From contig CM022671.1 of assembly GCA_012295275.1 (NCBI GenBank), positions 558,001 through 622,000 of the forward strand: 64,000 nt of DNA. The letters run 5' to 3'. The notes under the pieces are model-generated. The model saw only the letters and a program-made list of their open reading frames with translations, ran no database searches and was not told the DNA's origin. Position 1 is the first letter of the stretch. Every line of letters begins with the position of its first letter. Made by a program: the position numbers and the translations under genes. Below are positions 27,442-37,969 of the stretch, piece by piece. This DNA comes from Chrysomallon squamiferum. Its lineage: Eukaryota; Animalia; Mollusca.

Positions 27442-29314
27442 CTATTTTTTGTCTCCTCTGTCATCAATGCTATCTTCATCAATCTGAAAAAAAAAAAAAA
27501 AAAATTAAAAAAAACTCCCGACGTTTAAAATTTGTTAAAGAATACAATTTAATTTTTTTGTTGTTGGAATTAAATTTAACTATATTTTTTTAATCATTTT
27601 CTTTTATTTTTAAATTATTTCATTTAAATTTTTATTTATTTACTGCACTCACTTGAGACCATTTTTCAGGTAAAATATCCCAGAGGTCATCTTTGACGTC
27701 CCCTTGTACAACAATCTCATCTTCACTGGCAGTGACGGAGGAGCCACAAGAAAACTTTGTGGCAAAAAACTTGCTAGCTTCTTTTAAATCTATATCTGAA
27801 AAAAAAAAATAATATGTAAATTAATTTAGCAAAAAGCATCAGAAATCAACACCAATCAACAAGAAACATAAAAGATAAATAATTTTAATATTTATGGTCC
27901 TACTGTAATCTTTATATAAAGACTGATATTCAGTTACTCACTTTGGTAAGATTGATATAAAATAAGCACTGCTACTAACTGATGATAGTAACAAGTCCTC
28001 CAATGATCACAACATTTGAAAGCAAAACACCATTAATGTTCATGTTTTTGTCTTGTTAAAATATTAACTGATACATGTATTTTGAAACTGATGTTATCTT
28101 AAAGTATTTGGAAATCATGAGAAGTATTAAAAACCTACCATAAGAAGCTAAACCAGTTATAACTGTTACTTTCTTCTTTTTTCCTCTTGTTGCTGTCCAC
28201 ATTTTGATTCCCTGCGGTTCTGCCTTCTTCTTTGCCTTCATCATACCCTTGCCTCCTCGTGTTTGTCTTTTCTTCTTTTCATCTCCATCATCACCTTTTC
28301 CTTCTGTTTCTTCTTTACCTGATATACATGTGTATAAATAATTTATCTTAAATGTGAAAAATCTGCCCAATATCAATGCAGGAAAATAACATATTAATAT
28401 TATGTGGGCTTTTTGCATGTTTCTGCTAAAAAAAACGTACATACCTTCCATCAATCTCTCAAACTCTTCTGGCAGATTCTTTTCCAACCACTGTTTACAT
28501 TTGTCATAATTGGGGTAATATTCACAATACTGAAACAATCAAATTGAAAATCTTCAATATTCAGTGTAGTAAGTAACAAAAGAAATAAAATGTAAATAAA
28601 TCTAGCCATCATATATGAGTCTCAGCTTGGTAGGTAATATTAAAACTAAATGGCAGACATCCAATTGTAAAAAGATGACCTGTGAATAGTTATATCCCAT
28701 CTCAAGAAAAATCACTTACATTTACACTTAAAACTAAATCTTACAGTGAAACAGTTTACAGTTAGATAGACTATTCAGCGTCCTTAACATAACTTACCTC
28801 TGTAGGCATACTGCATTCTGAAAATAAAAATAATAAAAAATAATAATAAAATTCTAAAATGATGAATTTACAAACTTAACATCTTCAAACAATAAGTATG
28901 TCAGTGTGATTCAGTGCTAGTTCCCTGGAACTGTCTAATAATTCAGGTACTTATATTTAAACTAATATTGTACTTCAAAATACTGTATTAGTAACAGAAA
29001 TTTTGTTTAAAATAAATAAATTAATTAAAATTCTTAAAAATATATCCTATAAATAAATTCATTTTAAAATTTTATTAAACACAGTATAATATTTAACAAT
29101 GTGCAGATCAAATACCTATCTAAATAATTATTTGAAGTACATTACAAAACCATAAACGAAAATATATATAATGCAAAAAATTAATTCAGAAAAACAAAAC
29201 AAATTCACCTCCACAATATATGACTTTAATTGGATATCTAACACCTGGTTTAGGTCCATCATATTTGAGAAAATTATGTCCTTCACCTCCTGCTTCATTC
29301 TCTGCTGATGCCAT
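27442..29314 (-). CDS. DENR: Density-regulated protein (SUI1-domain translation reinitiation/ribosome recycling factor, Tma22 homolog)
   Basis: Exons 29209-29314 ([35 protein letters not shown]), 28798-28817 (ECSMPTE), 28445-28529 ([23 protein letters not shown]), 28139-28318 ([11 protein letters not shown]...[13 protein letters not shown]), 27653-27795 ([29 protein letters not shown]) and 27442-27483 ([16 protein letters not shown]). The Zn-binding CGECSMPTEYCEY..C motif and SUI1 motifs are present. Confidence 0.96.
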
Positions 29315-29919
29315 TTCTGAATGAATTATAATTTTCGACTAAACAGAAATAATAATACTACTAATACTAGTAATAGGATTAAAAGCATTTAATTTTTATC
29401 CAGGGGGTGAAACTGCATATTACTGTAACAGTATGATTATGACATTTATCTGTATATCAACAATACAAATATGAAAAGCTCGCCAACCTGTATCTCTATC
29501 AGTATCAGTAAATGTGTAAAGACTAAAGTAAATACTAAAATAATAAGTATGAATACGAAAGTGATATTTTAAATTATTTAATTTATTTATTAATAATATA
29601 TTAATCTTATAATTTAATTAATACAGATTTATAAATAAATTTCTAATGAATGTGTCATCATAGCATTCATTTAAATTATTAGTAATCTAAATAATTAAAT
29701 ATGAATCAGAAATTGTACTATTATTATTTATAGTATTATACTCATTTATTTCGTTATTAAATTTAAAATTATTATTAAAAATATTAAGTCATAAATTGGT
29801 GATTAACACAGATTAAAATTTAAACGGATAATCATTTCGTAAATTTTCCCAAATTGATCTTTCGAGATACATATTATTACATACTAATATTATATATAAT
29901 GATATATATTTTTCCTTAC

Positions 29920-30400
29920 CAAAGTATTAATTCTCGTGTTTAAACCGGAACCTGTTCTTTGTTATCGTTCTTAGGAAAAGAGTTTCTTTTTTATTGTCAT
30001 TTCCTCCTTATTTAAGCATCAATTTATATTTGGTTCTATCAGTTTACTTTAAATGATGAAGAGAGATTACAAATACTTTTTTAATGTACTATTTTTTCTT
30101 TTGTTTGTTATTTGTTCGTTTGTTTTTCTTAATGGTTATTCTTTGTGGGGTGGGGTGCAAGTGAGCGTTACGGACTGAAACAAATTCCGAACGTTTTCCC
30201 CAATGGTTTTTTGTATTTTTTATTTTTTATTTTTTTTTTTTCAAATACTAATATTCGGCAACAGGTCCTATTGTTACCATATCTATATAAATTTAAAGTT
30301 TATTTTTATATGCACTTTGTCATAAGAAAGTCATGGATCATTAATTAAAATGAAAAATAACTAAACTAAATTAAGGATCGGCGATAGGATAGGGTCACAG
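29920..30400 (-). promoter_or_regulatory. DENR non-coding first exon and promoter
   Basis: Minus-strand donor TTG|GTAAGG at 29919 and acceptor tttag at 29339-29341 upstream of the ATG exon. ETS-like CCGGAA at about 29945. CpG is locally retained. Confidence 0.55.
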
Positions 30401-30959
30401 AATATGTAGGCATATAATGTACATAAAAGAAAGAGAGAAAAGAAATATACCTAGAATCAAGTTTTTATGTATTTAAGCACCTTCATATTTTGCACTCATC
30501 TAAATAAATAAATAAATAAAAAGTAAAAAAGCTTGAAAAAACAACAAAGAATCAACACAAATCTTTAAATGTTTTATCCTTATTTGCATCATTTGATATA
30601 GTTGTATAATCACACACACACACACACACATTTATTTACATTACATTCACTTCAGTTAGTAGCTTATTCATTCTGTGATTTATTGAATAATGGGAAGAAG
30701 GAACTATGATGTAAAAAACATTCTAAACCTATTCCATCCATATAAACAGAACTGAATGAGGTTATTTTGGACAACAGGCAAATATAACAAGGCTGAATTA
30801 TACAGTATATTTGTTTGATACAAAAATGTTTTTGTTAAAGAATACAAGTTATCACTACTCTTGGATAAACAGTACTTGCTTAAGATGTGTTTTGTCAATA
30901 CATAACAACTAGTAGATATTATGAAAAGTATTTCTACACCAGATGGCATCTGAAATGTT

Positions 30960-33900
30960 TCATTTCATCTTTTCTCTGATCTTATTCTCAAGATTTAGGA
31001 ATCTGAAATAGAAGTTTAAAATGGAAAAATAATTAATAACCATGTCAACTTAAAAAAAGAAACAAACAACAAACTCCCTTCTTTTTTATTCTGGAGTATA
31101 AACCTTTCTTAATAACATCTACATAAACATGCTTTGTGGTTCATATCACAAATACCATTAAACAATTTATTAATTAATTTTACTATACATATATTCATTC
31201 AACATACTTTTAATTTACATGTATATGATATACATATGATTAAGAAGAAAAGAGCAAAGAAACAGAAAACATAATATCACCTTACAGTGAGCTATTCTCT
31301 TTGACATTAACACAACCAGATTTATCATAGGTTCTTTACACAGAGAGGGAAGCAAAAGCCTTGGCTTTCAATAAACATGTAAATAGCTCAATTCCAAAAA
31401 GGACTTAACCTCTCAGCAGTAAGTTCTGAGTGCAATACTCTCCATGAGCTGCCATCCACCCAAGTACAGTTTAATACTGGTTTGCAATAAATGAGCACTG
31501 CATTCTTTGAGTGAAATTCACTGACAGTATTTAGATTTTTTCACAGTTTTTTCAGTTGCACATGTACCATTTTGTTCCACTTCCTTTTGCCATTTGTTTT
31601 TAGGCAGTTTCATGATTCCATCTCCCAGAACATGACATCTTTCCTCATAGTGAGGATCTAGTCTAAACACTACAAATTTCAGTTCCACTCCAATACTTAC
31701 TTGTCGATCTTGTCATCAAGCCATTGCAGGTGTTTCAGTTCTGAAATCCATGTCTTTGGAAGAGAATCTAATCCAAGTTTACAACCCAACAGAGCACCAG
31801 CAACACAACAGTTTGTGTCTGCATCCCCAGCCTGCCAGAGAAACAAATTTTCTTTTTAAACATAAATTCAAATACCAGTAGATTAACTTTTTGTCATCTT
31901 CAGTTTTGAAAAAAATTAATTTATAGTTGTTAAACAACATTTTAATATTAATAGTTATTAGCTATCAGTAAAAAAAAAAAAAAAAAAAAAAAATTTATTA
32001 TAGTCAGTATTAAACTTCACCTCCATGACAAGGGCTTGCAAAGCTTCTCTGAAATCTTTCTGTTTCAAAGCCCAGAATCCTGCTCCCAGACATTTGTAAG
32101 TGTAACCAGTCTTATTAGTCTCACAAAGTTTAAGATCAGAAAGCTTCTCACAGGTCATATACTTCAACAGTTCTTTTTTCTGAATCAAAAGTAATAAATA
32201 AATATTTGTATGACAATTTCTTAATTATCGATGGCTATTAGGCATTATTTGGTGAAACATGAGAGGATATAAACAGACAGTAACTTGTGGCCATCTTTTA
32301 TTAATTATCAGCTAAGAATATTTTACATACAGTTTCCTGTACAAACTGCATCCTGTGACAAATCAGTCACATATTCATTTTCTCTCTCTCTCTCTCTCTT
32401 TCACATACACATGTCCTTTTTAATGAATATATATTCCATGTATTAAAAGTAAAGAAAGGAACATTTTTTACAAAAATGAATATATTCACAAAGACACACA
32501 GAGAATCTTACCTTTTCTTTTGTATCCAGATATCTGGCAGCATATTCATAACTATCTTTAATAATTTCTTTCACTTTGTAAGTACCTTTTGGTTTTATGT
32601 ATTGTTTATCTCTTTTCAACATTAGACTGATTGCTGTTACCATGGCAACACATGAAGCTTGACACCTGAAATGATTGAAGAAAAAAAGAGTAACATATTA
32701 GGTGGTGTCATCAGTGACTGCTATCATACAAAAAAAAAACATATAATACAAATGTGTTGAGATAAATTAAATAATTAATTGTGCCTGGTAATAATGTAAA
32801 AATATATTAGGCTATATATTTAAATTAATAATTTTCAGTATCTGATAACAGTCCATAAGTAGCCTTCTACCACATCTATTAAATAATAATAATACTGATA
32901 AAAATAATGATAACAATAATAATAAAAATAATAATAATTATCATAATCATCATCATCATCTTAATTATGATTTTCCATAAGCTCTTAAGGAAATGATCAC
33001 ATTGTTTTATTTAATTAACTGTTAAATTCTGCAGTCTTTCAATAACACTATCTTGCCTTGGATCATAATGTGTTGTTTTACAAATCTCTAAAGCATTTTC
33101 AATTACAGCCTCTGTATCCCAGAACTGGTGAATACCAAGGACTGAAGTTCTCATGAGAGCGCCATTAGCAGCAATGTATCTATTACTTTGTTCCCACACC
33201 TGTCTGGCTGCCTGTTAAAAACACAAACATTCAACATCTTCTTAGTGTTTTCTCAAATTGTTATTATTTGTAACATTATTGCATTAATACATTATTCATT
33301 TATTCATCTATATATTTATTTATTTGTTTGTTTGTTTGTTTGTTTGTTTGTTTGTTTGTTTGTTTGTTTGTAAATTATTTTATTTTATTTTATTCTATAT
33401 ATTTTTAATTAATTAATAAATAACAGTAATAGTAGCAGTAGTAGTAATAATAATAATAATATGACATTTTAATACATAATGTTTAATACTTATATTTCAA
33501 GCTGATTAAGGGGTGAAATTATCAGACTTCTAATTAATCCACTCACAATACAAGTATAATTACTTTTATTCCAGGAGGCTTTGACATGGGCAGCATAATT
33601 TGTATGCTGTGTATTTTGATCCACTATAAACATTATGCAGGTTTTTTTTCACTGCTAGATATAAAATAACTAATATTATGACCTTAAACGTTACAGCCTA
33701 TAAAATAAATTCAAGAACATTTTTAAAAGATGAAGGATCTTCTTGAATAAATGTCAGTCAGTCAATCAATCCCATTAGTGAATTGCCTGAAGGTAAAAAA
33801 ATAAAAATAAAAAATAAAAATAAATGAAAAGGTAAAGCATTGTGTAAATGTGGGGATCTGTTTTGAAATTCCAACACCTCAGGACATGCACTGTTGTTGC

Positions 33901-34748
33901 TCCAATTCCCATTCCACAAAAATCCCCAAGTTCAGGGAAACCTTTATTTCGCCAGTCATTAAGTTTTCCAGCAAAGTCAGTAGCTACAACCTAAACATCT
34001 TTTTTTTTGTATACATCCAAAGTTTCATAATGATAAAGTTAATAATAAAGTAACAAGCCAGTGAAGAAACATTAATGTAACATTTTGCCACCATCTTTTT
34101 ACTGCAATAAAGTTCTTATTATTTTATTATAATACTATATTAGTAGTAAAAATTCATCATATAGACTTTAAAAAAACAAACAACAACTATATACTTATTA
34201 GTCCAGTTGATCATCTATTGTTTAAATTTCAATATTATTCTGAAAAATTCCGTAATAATAGTTACCTTATTATGTTAAAATTAAGTTCTGGTTTATTTTC
34301 ATAATTATCTCAACAGTACAAACCTTCCCATCATTCTCCAGCAGTGAGAGCAGGATAAGAATCATCTGGTCCGAATCATCAGTCCAGTCCCCCACTGACC
34401 AGCCAGACCGGTGCATATCTTCACAGAGCGTTTTGTGTTCATACTCCAGTTGTTTACACACTTTGTCATAGTACTGTGTAGAATAAATACTCTGTACTGT
34501 TAAATATATATCAGTAAAAGTGTATGAATATGTGTATATTTGCATGTAAGAAAAAAAAAACCCATCTATACACATGCATACAGGCACATGACATACACAA
34601 TTACACTCATACACACATAATATAAAAGTATACACACGTACACAAACACAATTCTTACTTTTTCTGCCCCTTTGTAATTTAAGCTTTTATATTCATGATT
34701 TCAGATGAAATTTAATGTACTTTTAGAAAAGAAAAGTGATTTCTTATA

Positions 34749-34795
<47 letters not shown>

Positions 34796-34904
34796 AAACT
34801 GAACTTACTGTTTTGGCCTTTCTTTTATCAAGGAACTCTGTCAGAAGTCCAATAGCATCGCCCACACATTGTCCATATATGGTAGCTCTGATCTGATCTT
34901 CAGG
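30960..34904 (-). CDS. ADP-ribosylglycohydrolase (ARH/DraG superfamily) protein; start codon unresolved
   Basis: Exons 34809-34904 (DQIRATIYGQCVGDAIGLLTEF), 34324-34473 (GDWTDDSDQM), about 33847-33990 (FPELGDFCGMGIGATT..DPH), 33057-33211 (VWEQSNRYIAANGALMRTS..THYDPR), 32512-32665 (CQASCVA), 32021-32179 (GYTYKCLGAGFWAL), 31701-31831 (AGDADTNCCVAGALLG..LPKTW) and 30960-31002 (FLNLENKIREKMK-TGA). The GDAxG, TDD, NGAxMR, TH and GDxDT metal-binding motifs of the family are all present. Confidence 0.9.
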
Positions 34905-35460
34905 CTGAAGTTGTTTGTATATGCCATACAGTTACACACACACACACACACACACACAGAATGAAACACTGAATGTTTAACAGTTCAACGCATATTAATA
35001 ATAACTATTATTAGGTGCAGGTTGTATTTTTATCATCACTTCAACACATTTTAATTATTATAAAATAAAATAACTGCGAGCGAGTACATTTACTGCTACT
35101 ATTTCAGTATTTGACTTACTGAAAAGATGATCCTGAACGTAGTGAGAAAAAATAAAACATCTTATACGTGTACGAAGTGAATATTATCTGTTTGCATTTA
35201 TGACAAATCATATACAAGTGAAAAATGTGTATGCATGACAAATTTAGTTAATTAAACGTATCCAGTAAAGTGAAATTAATTTGCTTAGCGTGCATAAATA
35301 TATATTAAACCAGAATACGTGTATAAACAATTATGATTGGTCGGATATTTTTAGTTTGTTGCTGTTTTTTCGATGTGGTGAATCCTTGTTAATAAGATAG
35401 CGTCTCTTCAAATCATACACAACTATCGGATTAATAATAGCAGATTTGAATTATTAGAGG

Positions 35461-35490
35461 GCCGACCCGGAAGTCAAAAAACCATATAAA
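35461..35490. promoter_or_regulatory. ETS/GABP-type site and TATA-like box in a CpG-retaining promoter upstream of the ARH gene, probably bidirectional
   Basis: CCGGAAGT at 35467-35474 and TATAAA at 35485-35490 on plus. CpG is retained over about 35000-35800. Confidence 0.5.
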
Positions 35491-35844
35491 AATTTAAAAC
35501 AGAAACTGAAAATGAATGACAACATTTTTGTCTGAAGCCTGTAAGCTTATATAAAATAACTTTATTGTAAAATATGAGTATTTACCGTATTATGTTTTCC
35601 CATAGCCATAACTTGGAAAACAATATAATCGGTCAAAAGTGATATATTTCACGTCTTTCTTGGTAGTGTTTCTTCAAATTATTGTTAATAATCTATAAAT
35701 AGCACAGGGAAGTAATAATCTATAAATAAATTCACTTACTCTATCAGGTACTGACCATTTATGTAAACAACGACTGCTTATATATATAGTGGCCCCTGCA
35801 AGATACTTTTGTTCCATTTATCAGTGCTTTATTTACACTTACAC

Positions 35845-35993
35845 TTATTATTATTATTATTATTATTATTACTGTTGTTGTTGTTGTTGTTGTTGTTATT
35901 GTTTATTTTTATATTATTGTTGTTGTTGATGTTGTTATTGTTATTAATTTATTTATTTATGTCTTCTTCTTGTTCTTCTTCTTCTTATTATTA

Positions 35994-36067
<74 letters not shown>
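35845..36067. repeat. Compound (TTA)n/(TTG)n/(TTC)n microsatellite
   Basis: Directly visible; the source of the poly-Leu ORF. Confidence 0.9.
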
Positions 36068-36068
<1 letters not shown>

Positions 36069-36627
36069 CTAGTTGCCTATAAAATATATATCGCATAGAA
36101 TGGAACATTTTTAATCTGTGACTTTTTCCCTCTCAGTTACTGATTTTCCATTATTTGTATCTAAATTAATGTCAGTATTTTTTTAAATATAATTATGCTG
36201 TCACTATTCATTCTCATGATAAAACCTATTTTAAATACTACTGTGTCTACTACTACTGCTATGACCATCATTAACTTAATTCAACCTTTTAAATAACATT
36301 AAATACTTCAATTAAATTGTGTTTTTTTTTTTTTTTTTTTTTTTTTTTGTCACAATGTAGGCCTACTGTATTTGTATCTTACACAGCGAAAAGCATTTCC
36401 TTAATTCAATGAAATCATGGTTAAGATTATAAATTAGCACAGTATAATAATAAATGCAGAACTGCAAATTGGAATGGCGTGACAATGTTTGCAAGTGATG
36501 GCAACAGTGCTGCTATTAAAGACTGGCGACATGATTGTGTGGTAACCCAGGCAATGTGATGTTAGCCAAAATTTGTGCCAGATTACTGATGGAACTGATA
36601 ATATTTTATCAGTCATGGTTCACATCT

Positions 36628-36644
36628 ACTAATACTACTACTAT

Positions 36645-36706
<62 letters not shown>

Positions 36707-36728
36707 ATACTACTAATAATAATAATAA
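36628..36728. repeat. (ACT)n/(AAT)n microsatellite
   Basis: Directly visible; the source of the poly-Thr ORF. Confidence 0.9.
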
Positions 36729-37714
36729 CTGTAATAGTAATAAAAGGTTAGTCTATGCAAAGCAGAATGTTTCAGTAAACTTGAGTTTCATTTAAGTTTT
36801 TGTTTTAAGACATCCCTGTAGAGTTTGACAACAAAAAGTTACATGTAGCCTGGTTTGGTGACTGGAGTCGTATAAAAACATTTCAGTATCACATCAAAGC
36901 AGGAGAAGAACCAGCCACACAGTGGATGAATACAACTTGTAATTACGCTGATCTGCATCTTGACGTGGAATGACTTACATAATTGAGGAAACTGGAGAGA
37001 TGCTTGAGAGAAGAAAAATGATCCCATCTTTGCACCATCTCAGACAGTCAACTAAATTTAGTTGTTTGGATTAATATTGTGTATTATTTATGTTGTTCCA
37101 GCTGATATTATTATAAGTAATTTTATAAATTTAGCTAATAATTTTTTGTATGCAGTTTTCTTATCAGAATCGACTTTGAAAATTGTTTTCTTTTTCCATA
37201 TTCATTTAATATATTGTTCTTTAGAATGCCCTGTCAGTTACACTACAAATGACTTGCATATTCATGTACATTGATTTATATATCAGTCCTCTGTCATTTT
37301 AAGGACAATCTTCAAAAATTAAGATGGATTTTTAAACTGACAGATGTAGCTGATGTCTCCAAACCTTTGACATTGGTAAATGTAGCCATGGAGACAATAG
37401 CAAATAACAGACATTATTGTATATTTAGAGTGGATTCAAATGAAGGCAGTAAGGTATATTTTAAAACAGAGCAACCACAGAATATATCTCATTAATATTT
37501 TATAGATTTTTTTATAATTTTTGTAAAACTTGAATCTTAAACAATACTTCTGTATAAACAACATCTGTCCTACCAATGTTTATTTTTATTTTAAATCAAT
37601 GTGACATCCTACAAATGAGCTTATGTTAATGTTTCACAATAATTATTTTCACCATTGTCACTGTGTAATATTTTGTCCTATTTTATTTTGTTCTCTCTTC
37701 TTCATATGTATTTT

Positions 37715-37840
37715 TACTAATGTTGTCTGGTGCTATCCTCTGCAAGATGGTTCCTTTCCAGTACTCCTCTAGTTCATCCCTCCATCATCTTGCTGGTTTT
37801 CCTCTAGAACATTACCCTTTGTGGGGTCTCTGAGTGCTGG
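37715..37840 (-). mobile_element. Decayed 3' fragment of an RTE-like non-LTR retrotransposon ORF
   Basis: The minus strand translates RPHKG*CSRGKPAR*WRDELEEYWKGTILQRIAPDN. This matches the C-terminal 'KRxRGRPxxRWxDxL..W...AxDR' signature of RTE-type LINE proteins, with two stops. Confidence 0.65.
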
Positions 37841-37963
37841 TATTATTTTAAAAATTTTATTTTTTTATTTAATTTGAATCTAACTATTTTGATTTAAAAA
37901 ATATTAAGACTGAAAGTTTATATGTGAATAAAAAAACGACAAAAACCAAATGAGCAGAAAACA

Positions 37964-37969
37964 TTTATT
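37964..37969 (-). terminator. Candidate polyadenylation signal of Cav1, implying an approximately 4.2-kb 3' UTR
   Basis: Minus-strand AATAAA followed by a GT/T-rich tract (tttggtttttgtcgttttttt). No intervening gene was seen between here and the stop at 42125, but other AATAAA hexamers exist in that interval. Confidence 0.4.

Larger units (their letters stand above)
35516..37453 (+). pseudogene. Unassigned exon-like blocks: small divergent gene or decayed gene, one block FN3-like
   Basis: Four complex-sequence blocks with splice-like ends: 35516-35540, 36438-36541, 36822-about 37040 and 37304-37453. The third block has an in-frame TGA with an apparent frameshift. No homolog was recognised with certainty. 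Confidence 0.35.

Noticed and set aside
27925-28015. Possible C/D-box snoRNA in a DENR intron (GTGATCA ... CTGA, with CTTACCAAAG partly complementary to 28S)
   Set aside because: The C box is imperfect, complementarity is only about 10 nt, and it is not correctly positioned against the D box. A snoscan/Infernal search would be needed.
31517-31661. Alternative ARH terminal exon (LDPHYEERCH...KYCQ-stop)
   Set aside because: It would need an intron of about 39 nt, which is implausibly short. The exon at 30960-31002 fits better.
30960-34904. ARH gene as selenoprotein J / J1-crystallin
   Set aside because: There is no in-frame TGA in the reconstructed exons and no recognisable SECIS element. Only superfamily-level similarity can be supported.
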